This document shows, piece after piece, positions 50,101 to 62,100 of a stretch of DNA of 64,000 nucleotides. The stretch is from Mytilus edulis. Taxonomy: Eukaryota. A program made the position numbers and the translations under genes. Where the stretch lies: the NCBI RefSeq assembly GCF_963676685.1, contig NC_092347.1, positions 85,994,001-86,058,000 on the forward strand, given 5' to 3'. Each line of letters opens with the position of its first letter. The first letter of the stretch is position 1. Below the pieces are notes generated by a model. It had not been told where the DNA came from. It saw only the letters and a list, made by a program, of their open reading frames with translations, and made no database searches.

Positions 50101-53100
50101 TAATAGAAATCTATGAAATTTTGACACAAGGTTTATGACCACAAAAGAACGGTTGGGATTGATTTTGGGAGTTTTGGTCTCAACAGTTTAGGAATTAGGG
50201 GCCAAAAAAGGGCCCAAATAAGCATTATTCTTGGTTTTCGCACAATAACATTAGTTTAAGTAAATAGAAATCAATGAAATTTAAACACAATGTTAATGAC
50301 TACAAAAGGAAGGTTGGTATTGATTTTGGGAGTTTAGGTCCCAACAGTTTAGGAATTAGGGGCCAAAAAGGGACCCAAATAAGCATTTTTCTTGGTTTTC
50401 GCACCATAACGTTAGTATAAGTAAATAGAAATCTATGAAATTTAAACACAAGGTTTATGACCATAAAAGAAAGGTTGGGTTTGATTTTGGGAGTTTTGGT
50501 CCCAACATAATAAGGGGCCCAAAGGGTCCAAAATTAAACTTTTGTTTGATTTCATCAAAATTGAATAATTGGGGTTCTTTGATATGCTGAATCTAACTGT
50601 CATGACTGTGTATGTAGATTCTTAACTTTTGGTCCCGTTTTCAAATTGGTCTACATTAAGGTCCAAAGGGTCCAAAATTAAACTTAGTTTGATTTTGACA
50701 AAAAATGAATCAGTTAGGTTCTTTGATATGCTGAATCTAAAAATGTACTTAGATTCTTGATTATTGGCCCAGTTTTCAAGTTGGTCCAAATCGGGGTCCA
50801 AAATTAAACTTTGTTTGATTTCATCAAAAATTGAATAAATGGGGTTCTTTGATATACCAAATCTAACTGTGTATGTAGATTCTTCATTTTTGGTCCTGTT
50901 TTCAAATTGGTCTACACTTAAGTCCAAAGGGTCCAAAATTAAACTTAGTCTGATTTTAACAAAAATTGAAATCTTGAAGTTCTTTGATATGCTGAATTCA
51001 AAAATGTACTTAGATTTTTTATTATGGGCCCAGTTTTCAAGTTGGTCCAAATCAGGATCTAAAATTATTATATTAAGTATTGTGCAATAGCAAGTCTTTT
51101 CAATTGCACAGTATTGCGCAATGGCAAGAAATATCTAATTGCACAATATTGTGAAATAGCAAAATTTTTTTTAATTAGAGTTATCTTTCTTTGTCCAGAA
51201 TAGTAAGCAAGAAATATCTAATTGCAAAATATTGTGCAATAGCAAGATTTTTTTTTAATTGGAGTTATCTTTCTTTGTCCAGAATCAACTTAAATCTTTG
51301 TTATATACAATATACAATGTATATTCACTTTTTACTACCAACTGATAAATTAAAATAATCTTTACCATTCAGTGATAACAAGCAGTTTTTTTACATCTTA
51401 ATATTTTATGATGTATTTAAATGAGTAGTTATTGTTGCAAACTCCATTAGAAATTTTAATTGAGATTAGTTTTGGAATAAGGGAAAGGGGGATGTGATTA
51501 AAAAAATTGGGTTCAATTTTTCTCATTTGAAATTTCATAAATAAAAAAGAAAATTTCTTCAAACATTTTTTTGAGAGGATTAATATTCAACAATGTTCAA
51601 CAGCATAGTGAATTGCTCTAAGAGAAACAAAAATTTTAAGTTCATTAGAACACATTCATTCTGTGTCAGAAACCTATGCTGTGTCAACTATTTAATCACA
51701 ATCCAAATTTAGAGCTGAATCCAGCTTGAATGTTGTGTCCATACTTGCCCTAACCGTTCAGGGTTCAACCTCTGCGGTCGTATAAAGCTACGCCCTGCGG
51801 AGCATCTGGTTATTTAATATACAAATGATTCTCAATTTCTGAATTAATAGAATTAAAAGTTCATGAACAATTCATGATTCACATTATTTGAAATAATTAT
51901 CAGGCCGTTGAAATTGGATTCAATTTGATGATTTTCCCTATTAATGCAAGAAAATTTCAAAGGGTTGAAGGACAGGAAAAAATAGAACAAGACGCATATA
52001 TACGAAATGTTTCAAGTGAAAGACGTGAGATTACATGTAGATTTACTGTAGTGCTCCTTTCCTGTGGTAACCTAACTGTGTACAATACTTGGCCCAAGTA
52101 TCAACAGCAGCATGGAAGCTTTCACTTGGGACAATTATAAGTTTATTATATAAAAATAATTAGATGTGGCATGATTGATGCTGAGCAAACAATTCATAGA
52201 TAAAAAAAAAACCAAAAACCCAGAGATATAATAAACGGTCATTACTGGTCAGTTAAAGATTAAAATGGGCAAAATCTATACTGTATTATGTATAACCGAC
52301 TTCAAAATGTGTCCACTTTCTCATAAATTTCTTATGTCACAATGCTGGGTCATTGATGTCACAACATAACAAACTAATCATCAGTTGTAAAAGGCTTGAC
52401 TGATCTGATTGCAACTATATAAGACACAAAATAAAAAGCAATAATAAAAAAGACAAAGACACAACTAATTATTCTACTTCACATATGACACCATTGTATT
52501 TCTTAAATAATGTTTATTTGTTTTGGATAAATAGTGCCTTTCAGACAGAATATTAAAAAGCTCATATTGTCTAAATACCCATGGAAACTTTCCTGAATTA
52601 TAACTGAAAATCATCTGAACCTTTCCTGAAAAATGTAAGCTAAAGCTGAAAATGGTCTGAACCCATCCTGAACAATAGCTGAAGACTGAATATTGGCTGA
52701 GTATAGATTAATTCAAATTTTTACTGAATATTTGCTTAAATATTGTTTTGTTTGTTGAACATTTTAGAAAGAAATGCTAAAAAATTTACCTTTAGAGTCT
52801 TAGATGAACTTTAACAGAAAATTTGCTGAAAACCCACTGTAACGGGTTAAATTATAGCTGTTTTTTTTTAGAAAATAGTGTTTAAGAGGTTCTGAATATT
52901 TCAGCAAGTTGTTCAGAAAGATTCAGAAGTAATACTAATTTTTTCTGAATATTTACTGAAAATGTCTTGCTGAATTGTGACTGAAAGTTTGCTGAAAACT
53001 TGCTGGAATGTGCCAAATTCAGCCATCTTTAAGCAAAAGGTTTTTTATAGGTTCTGAATATTTCAGAAAGGTGTTCAGAAAAATTCAGAATTAATGCTGA

Positions 53101-56100
53101 ATTATTTCTGAATATTGCTGAATATTTACTGAAAATGACTTGCTGAATTGTTACTGAAAATTTGCTGAAAATGTGCTGGAATGTGCCAAATTCAGACATT
53201 TTTAAGCAAAAGGTTTTTAATAGATTCTGTAAAATTCAGCAAGGTGTTCAGAAAAATTCAGAATTAATGCTGAATTATTTCTGAATATTGCTGAATATTT
53301 ACTGAAAATGTACTGCTGAATTTTTACTGAAAATGTGCTGAAAACTTGCTGGAACGTGCCAAATTCAGGCATTTTTAAGAAAAGGGTTTACTAAATGTGT
53401 TCAGTAAAATTTCAGCATCGAGTTCAGAAAAAATTCAGAAAAATATTTTCATGAGGGTAGTTCAAAGAAATAATTTTTTTTTTTAATGTGTTTGTTAAGC
53501 AGACCTGTCAACTACTATGATTACCCCAATCTATTGGGGACATTCCCCATGAGAGGTGTTCATCAGAATTTTGGAATTCTTTATTTGATGAACTGAACAC
53601 CTCAAAAACAGGCATTCAAATGAGTTTATAAAGGTGTTAAAGCACATAACATACTTGAGCTCATGCAAACAATATATTAAAAACATGTGTGACAATAAAA
53701 GACTAGCATAAGTTCATCTTGCACTTAGAATTCCCCTTGCAAGTAGGGATAAGTTACTGTTTTCAATAAAAATGTTTATCAACATTGAACATCAAGGAAA
53801 TGAAATTCCCCTACAACTTTGATTGCCACTAAATTGTTACAAATGAGACAGCATTGCAAAACATCCTTATACTTACATAATGACTTATAAAACTGTATCA
53901 TCAACCACTTTCCATGTCAGACTTATAGATTTATAAAACGTTGAAAAGTACAATTTTGATTGATAAAATATTCAGGGTTTTTATGCACGTATTGTAGTGT
54001 TAGCTGTCTCATTTCAGAGATATACACATTACTTTTTGTATCAGCAACCACTTTCCATAAAAAAGGATTTCATTTGTAGATTTATAAGAAGAAAAAAAAA
54101 CATAATTTTGTATGATATAGTTGGGTATTTTTTAAAACATAGTACAATTGTAATACAAATGTAACTGTCTTATTTTCAGCCTAATTTTGGAGCCAGTTTA
54201 CATCTTCTGAAAGTAGAGATTGGTGGAGATGCTCAAAGCACAGGTATTGTTATTGTCAACTTCTTATCAGATATATATGTAGGTACATATAGATATATAT
54301 AACAGATGGAATTTTTGGAAAATTTGTCAGTCTTAAAGTATTGGAAGAAATGGAAACTTACATCACAACTGAATCATAATAATTTACTTTTGTTAAAGGT
54401 CAAACTGTTAGCAAAGTTTGAAGTATATGAAAAATTAGAAGCACACATTGTTTCACAAAAAAATGTACTGGAAATTTTCACTTTAGAGTATTATATTAGT
54501 CATGATATATAGATGTAATCACTTATTACAAGAAGCTTGGGATGAAAAATTTATAATAGGATTCCATATGGTTATACTATTAAAATGGTAGTTATAAAGG
54601 TATCTCTCCTACAGAAGACCTCTTTGTGATCATATTCATTTCCAACAATAGACAGGAATAATCCACCTCTTCAAATGTTAAATTATGGGATGGACACATT
54701 ACTGAAATCAGAATAAAGTTGTATATCCCTTGTCATGTTATAAAATTTGTTGTTTTAGAAGGAACAGAGGCTTCCCACATGCACAACAGCTGGGATGAAA
54801 ATTATAATAGAGGATATGAGTGGTGGTTGATGAAAGAAGCTAAAAGGGTTTGAATTTTTATATGTTATTTTACTTTAAACATTTAGTTAGGTAACATACT
54901 TTATATTTGAAGGCTGTTCTAAAAACTGTGTTTTCATTTATATATTCATTTTATGTTTTCCATGAGTTTTGGATTCAAACCCATAGATTTGTTTTTTATA
55001 ACAGGTGTTATTCAATGATGATTTTTTTTAATAATTATACTGGCTTTGTACCAATTGTTTATCAATTAAATGTTAATGGTATGTATATTTCTAGATATCT
55101 TTTAACTTGATTTACTAATTCCAGAGAAATCCTAATATTTTGTTATATGGACTACCGTGGGCATGGCCAGGGTGGATAGGAAATGGAACAAGAGATCCAT
55201 ATGCAGACATAGAACTACCAGCTAATTATATCCTCAAATGGGTCCTTGGCGCCAAGAAGTATCATAATTTAACTATTGATTTTATTGGGGTAAATATATA
55301 ACTATATATAAGTCATAAACTATATTGAATTGATGTATGGGCAAATTATAATTTATACTTTACAACACTAGTAGTCAGCCTAGAAAATCTTTAAAGAAAT
55401 TATTAACACATAAAACTTAAAACATGAAGGGGGGAAGAGAAAATTCCGGTGTAGATGACCATATACATAAGAAAATAAATATGAACTTTTTTAAATTCTC
55501 AGCCCTTCATTCCCAGTTTAGATTAATATGTGTTCTCAAATCTTTTGATGTTTTTTGTTTGGTTTTGCTGAAAGGTGTATTACGCTAAACATAGGTATTA
55601 CTTTACAGATTGTGGTGATAAAATTGTTTGAACCTTTTTTTTTATGTATTTTAGATTTGGAATGAACAGGCATATGATGTGAAATATATTAAGGTAATTA
55701 TGGACTCTCATTATCTAAAAATCTAATGGACATCTATATCTAGAACTTGAGATACACATGATGGTCATCTGGAAAAGAAAGCTTTTCAATCTCTAAAGAA
55801 TTAGTACATGTGAAATATTTGTACATATCAATACTAATAATACACAGTATATGAAAATAAGGAGAGATGATATAATTGCCAATGAGACCTCAAAATCAAA
55901 ACGTAAATCCTTTCTTTTCTATGTTTAATTTTGAAAAAAAGTATTACTATTTGGGAATAGAGAAGTTGTTCTAGTTTTTGCAGACATCAATTAATAAAAT
56001 TCATCTTATAAAATCTTTACTGTCTGCTGGTATCTATTTATTTAAAGAATGATATACTGAAATGCAATATTTTAGTTCCAGATTCACATTTGGGAGTTAT

Positions 56101-59100
56101 TTATTCAATTCTAACATGTCGTCCTTCAAACACATTGAGTATACACCCGTGGAAAATGTGAATATATTGCCTGGGTTGTTCCAATCTTACTCCCACTTCA
56201 TATGCTTTTTTTATGAATGAGTTACCTGATGTTATAAAACGACGACTTAGGAATATAAGCATTTTACAGGAAAATACAGGCTTGCGAAACTGAAAATCAT
56301 TGCAACAAAGGAAACATAAACAAACGAAGCTAAAATGTGGTATAAGTGATAAGGACATGATGATTGACTAACAGAACGGGAGCAATTTAAGGATTTAATT
56401 TCAATCAGATTGGTATTATAAAATTGATAATGAAATGTGGAATGTGTCAAAGAGACAACAACCTGACCATATAGCAGACAACAGCCGAAGGCCACCAATG
56501 GGTCTTCAATGCAGCAAGAAACTCCCGCACCCAGAGGCGTCATTCAGCTGGCCGCTAAACAAATATGTATTCTAGTTCAGTGATAATGGGCGTCATACTA
56601 AACTTCGAAATATACACAAGAACCTAAAATGATTATGCATGCCATTTTAAAAAAAAAAAGAAAAGATAAATATTTAAAACATTGTGACCAGTAACAACTT
56701 CAATCATCTAATGACTTATGACAAATTGTTTTCTCTTATTTCAGCTGTTGAGGAAAGTCTTAGATAACAACAGTTTACAACATGTTAGGATCGTAGCTGC
56801 TGATGGAGGCTGGGGTATTGTCAATGATATTAACAATGACTCAGACCTAGCTAAAGCTATCGACTATATAGGGTAAGGTTATATAATCACTAAAGCTATC
56901 AACTATATAGGGTAAGGTTATATAATAGCTAAAGCTATCAACTATATAGGGTAAGGTTATATAATCACTAAAGCTATCAACTATATAGGGTAAGGTTATA
57001 TAATAGCTAAAGCTATCAACTATATAGGGTAAGGTTATATAATAGAAAAGCTATCAACTATATAATGTAAGGTTATACCGGTATAATAGCTAAAAGTATC
57101 GACTATATAGGGTAAGGTTATATAATAGCTAAAGCTATCAACTATATATGGTAAGGTTATATAATAGCTAAAACTATCAACTATATAAGGTAAGGTTATA
57201 TAATAGCTAAAGCTATCGACTATATAGGGTAAGGTTATATAATAGCTAAAGCTATCGACTATATAGGGTAAGGTTATATAATAGCTAAAACTATCGACTA
57301 TATAGGGTAAGATCATATGATTGAAAAGCTATCAACTATATAAGGTAAGGTTATATAATAGGCAAAAGTATTGACTATGTAGGGTAAGGTTATATAATAG
57401 CTAAAAGTATCCACTATATAGGGTAAGGTTATATAATAGCTAAAAGTATTGACTATGTAGGGTAAGGTTATATAATAGCTAAAAGTATCGACTATATAAG
57501 GTAAGGTTATATAATAGCTAAAGCTATCAACTATATAGGGTAAGGTTATATAATAGCGAAAACTATCAACTATATAGGGTAAGGTTATATAATAGCTAAA
57601 ACTATCGACTATATAGGGTAAGATCATATGATTGAAAAGCTATCAACTATAAAAGGTAAGGTTATATAATAGGCAAAAGTATTGACTATGTAGGGTAAGG
57701 TTATATAATAGCTAAAACTATCGACTATATAGGGTAAGGTTATATAATAGCTAAAAGTATCGACTATATAGGGTAAGGTTATATAATAGCTAAAACTATC
57801 GACTATATAGGGTAAGGTTATATAATAGCTAAAACTATCGACTATATAGGGTAAGGTTATATAATAGCTAAAAGTATCGACTATATAGGGTAAGGTTATA
57901 TAATAGCTAAAACTATCGACTATATAGGGTAAGGTTATATAATAGCTAAAACTATCGACTATATAGGGTAAGGTTATATAATAGCTAAAAGTATCGACTA
58001 TATAGGGTAAGGTTATATAATAGCTAAAACTATCGACTATATAGGGTAAGGTTATATAATAGCTAAAACTATCGACTATATAGGGTAAGATCATATGATT
58101 GAAAAGCTATCAACTATATAAGGTAAGGTTATATAATAGCTAAAAGTATTGACTATGTAGGGTAAGGTTATATAATAGCTAAAAGTATTGACTATGTAGG
58201 GTAAGGTTATATAATAGCTAAAGCTATCAACTATATATGGTAAGGTTATATAATAGCTAAAACTATCAACTATATAAGGTAAGGTTATATAATAGCTAAA
58301 AGTATTGACTATGTAGGGTAAGGTTATATAATAGCTAAAACTATCAACTATATAGGGTAAGGTTATATAATAGCTAAAACTATCGACTATATAGGGTAAG
58401 ATCATATGATTGAAAAGCTATCAACTATATAAGATAAGGTTATATAATAGCTAAAACTATCGACTATATAGGGTAAGGTTATATAATAGCTAAAAGTATT
58501 GTCTATGTAGGGTAAGGTTATATGGGGAGGGAGTCCCCAATAACAGTAGAAAATTCAATAAAAAAAAAATACGGGAAAATTTCCAGAATTTTTCATTGTA
58601 CTGATGAACTCAAAATCGTTCAAATTTTTTTTGTCGTGTTTTGAAATCCCGGACCTGCGCAGAAATGTACAATGTACTTCCTTTTTCCGGTCTCGTTTGT
58701 ATGAAACTTTGAGTAAAATATATATTTATCAGTCTAGTATAAAATAGGAAGGAACGCGCAATACCAATTTCATTTTTAATAATTCCTTAATATGAAAAAA
58801 CGTTACCTGATGATAGCGTTTCTTTGTTTACATTGCAAATGACGTCATAATTTAAATAACGTCACAACTAAATCCCTAACAGAACCAAAATCGGAAACGT
58901 TACAGTATTTCCGTTTCTTTTTTTTTAAACAAATATTTAAGTTACAAAAAAATAATTCATACAGACTTCGTCCCCATTTACAGGTAATGCCTGCCTCATA
59001 TTATAATAGCTAAAACTATCGACTATATAGGGTAAGGTTATATAATAGCTAAAACTATCGACTATATAGGGTAAGGTTATATAATAGCTAAAACTATCGA

Positions 59101-62100
59101 CTATATAGGGTAAGGTTATATAATAGCTAAAACTATCGACTATATAGGGTAAGCTTATATAATAGCTAAAGCTATCGACTATATAGGGTAAGGTTATATA
59201 ATAGCTAAAGCTATCAAATATGTAGGGTTAATTAACGATATATATAGTTCTATTATTTGTTAAACGATTCAGACCTTGCTAAAGCTATCAACTTTATAGG
59301 GAAAGGTAATATAGTAGCTTAAGCTATCGACCATATAGAGTTATATGATATGATAGCTAAATTATTGTCAATGATAAGGGCAATGATTCAAACCAAGCTA
59401 AAGCTATTGACTATATAGGGTAAGACCATGAGTAAGCTAATTATCTTGCCTACAAGCATATGAACCAGATTTAGCTATAACTAGCACTAATCAGGGTAAG
59501 ATAATATGATAGCTAAATTAATTATTTATTGTCAATGATATAAGCAATAATTCACACCTAGCTAAAATTATCACCAATATTGAATATGGTCATGAAATAT
59601 CTAATAATATTGGCTGTAAAGGATGTAGTCTAGACCTAGCTAAAGCTACTGGCTCTAGGGTAAAAAAGCTAGAGCTATCACCTATTAAGGGTAAGATCAT
59701 GCTGCTTATTTATTTACAGTGTGCATTACCCAGGAACAGAGTCTGTCATGTCAGCTGTTCAGACAGGGAAACAGTTATGGTCATCTGAGGATTTCAGTAC
59801 ATTTAATGACAATATAGGGGGAGGATGCTGGGCAAGGGTGAGTCATGCTTGACCTTGCACTGTTTTAATAGTAATCCTTTTGTATTCAATAGGAATTTAG
59901 ATATACAGCCTCAATCTCAAGTACAGATTTGTGGCTCTTTTGGATTTTTGAACTGCAGTTAAAAAAAAGGACTTTGAATATTGCAGCCTGTAATGGCAAG
60001 AACTGTTATCTTTCAAGTTTAGAACTTATGCTTCTCATTTATCAAAGGACATATTCATAACTGACTCATGATTTGTTTGGTGAAATATTGTTCTACTTTA
60101 GAGGCATGATAGATGCTCTAAGATATAATTTGTGTTTCATTGAATCCTAATTTTAGAGAGGTGGTCACAGGTGGTTTAAGGATTTTGCTGAGATACTATT
60201 TGAGAAATTAAAAACACAACAAAAGAAAATCAATTTGTAGTATTGGAAGTTTTATAATTTGCTCTATTAACATTGTTGTATTTATAGGCATTAATCTTCA
60301 TTACATATGTTGTTATTTCAGCTCTTGAATCAGAACTATGTTAATGGAAGATTTACAGGGTAGGTAAACTTAAGAGTATTGGCATCTAATCTATGAGATT
60401 TTGTATGTTGAAATCTATGTAATTTATCGTTTCAAAATCTAAGAAATTATTGGTGTTTGTACTAAAAAAACAGAAATAATGTCACATCAATGGTTATATG
60501 TCCATTGTAATGGATTTTGCTAGCCAATAAAAAAAAAAAACGGTGTACTTTTTTTTTTTAAATATTACCCAGAATGCATTAAATTCTCAAATGTCAATTT
60601 GAAAGCATGAATAGAATAGAAGTTTTTGATATACTTCATAACATAACCATGATAGCACATTATAAAAATTTTGTTGAGTAGTTGCAGTAAAACAAATTGT
60701 ATTTCTTTATAACATTTTAATATAAACAAACATGATAAATATTTGCAAACTTTGTGAAGAAATGTAATAAATTCCAGTTCACTTGTGTTTACATCATAGG
60801 TAAGGAAGGACATAGTAATATTTTTGTATATGAAATTTATAGTAAAAATAATTGCAATGTTTCCTTTGTAGAACTATATCGTGGAATTTAATTGCCAGTT
60901 ACTATGATGCTCTTCCTTTTGCACGTAATGGTCTTATGACAGCAAATTCACCATGGAGTGGAAGTTATGTGGTCAATAGTCCTATATGGATGTCAGGTAT
61001 ACATACTGATATTGTACATTGCCATATGCACTATTTGTCAACTTATTCATATATCTGCAAAAACAAATCTTTACTAAATCCACTGAAATAAGAACTCCAG
61101 TTTGCCTAATGCAAATTTTATTAAACTGGTATGCAATGCTGAAAACCAAACAGACAGAGTACTAATTTGTGAAGTGAGTTATTAGCTGCTGCACTCTAAC
61201 TTAAGTGTGTCTTGTCCAAATTTTATGGAAATCATACATAAGGCTTAAATTTACAACACACAAACAGAGTTCTTATTTATGTAGTGAGTCATTTACTGTT
61301 TTAGAGTAATGCCCCTTTTTACTTGGAAAAATGCAAACTTGAGCTGGAGCATTTCTGTTCTTAGACACATTCTTTTTTATTCATGTAGACATAATGGACT
61401 AATGTCAAAGAAATAAATTGGTGAAAATTATGTATATATTATTATATACATAAACCGTGAAAATATTTCTAACAAAAAGTGAAATTGAGAATGGAAATGG
61501 GGAATGTGTCATAGAGACAACAACCTATAAGAAACCTTACTTTTTTCAAACTGGAAACAATGAAAATGAATTTAAGAGACTTTTTATGAAACTTCTCACC
61601 TAACTTTCCTCCCTAAAAAATCAAATTGTTACTACAGTATGCCTTAATTTATATTTCCTATAGCACATACAACCCAGTTTACATTGCCTGGATGGAAATA
61701 CCTGTCACATGGTAGTGGTGTTGGTAAACTGAAATATGGAGGGAGTTATGTCTCCTTGGTCAGCCCTGATGGCAAAGATCTCACAATTGTCATAGAAACC
61801 ATGGTAAGTATTAAACACATGGGGGACATATTTTTGAATTAAAATGTAATGATATCTTTCTTGTGATTCCTAATAACCAATATTCATTATGTATGAAACT
61901 CGAAAACATTGAACTAAGTAATTAAATGTTTAAAAAATTAAGTAGCAAAAAAAAACATCAGTTTTCACTGTAATAATCTTATACTTAAGGCAGTTCATGA
62001 CCCTGTTTGAAAAATGTTGTTGGGCCTTCCTTTGAGTTTTTTATAATGTTTTGTCCTGATGGACAAAGTCCAAACTTATACTTCTTAAATGATTAAATGT

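Larger units (their letters stand above)
46429..53457. mobile_element. 7-kb non-autonomous element with CCC..GGG termini, TA TSD and long CTGAA/TTCAG subterminal arrays (CMC/EnSpm-like)
   Basis: TA|CCCTCATGAAAA..TCTGAATTTTT and AAAAATTCAGA..TTTTCATGAGGG|TA. 0.6-0.9 kb of CTGAA motifs at both ends. Confidence 0.75.

Noticed and set aside
50622-51090. 142-aa and 83-aa ORFs
   Set aside because: Translations of satellite repeats.
51925-52140. 71-aa ORF inside the 7-kb element
   Set aside because: No recognisable motif and no joinable exon partners. At most a decayed exon.
57035-58405. Four minus-strand ORFs with [13 protein letters not shown] repeats; also a superficial resemblance to a CRISPR array
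   Set aside because: These are translations of the 39-bp minisatellite. There are no unique spacers, and the context is a eukaryotic intron.
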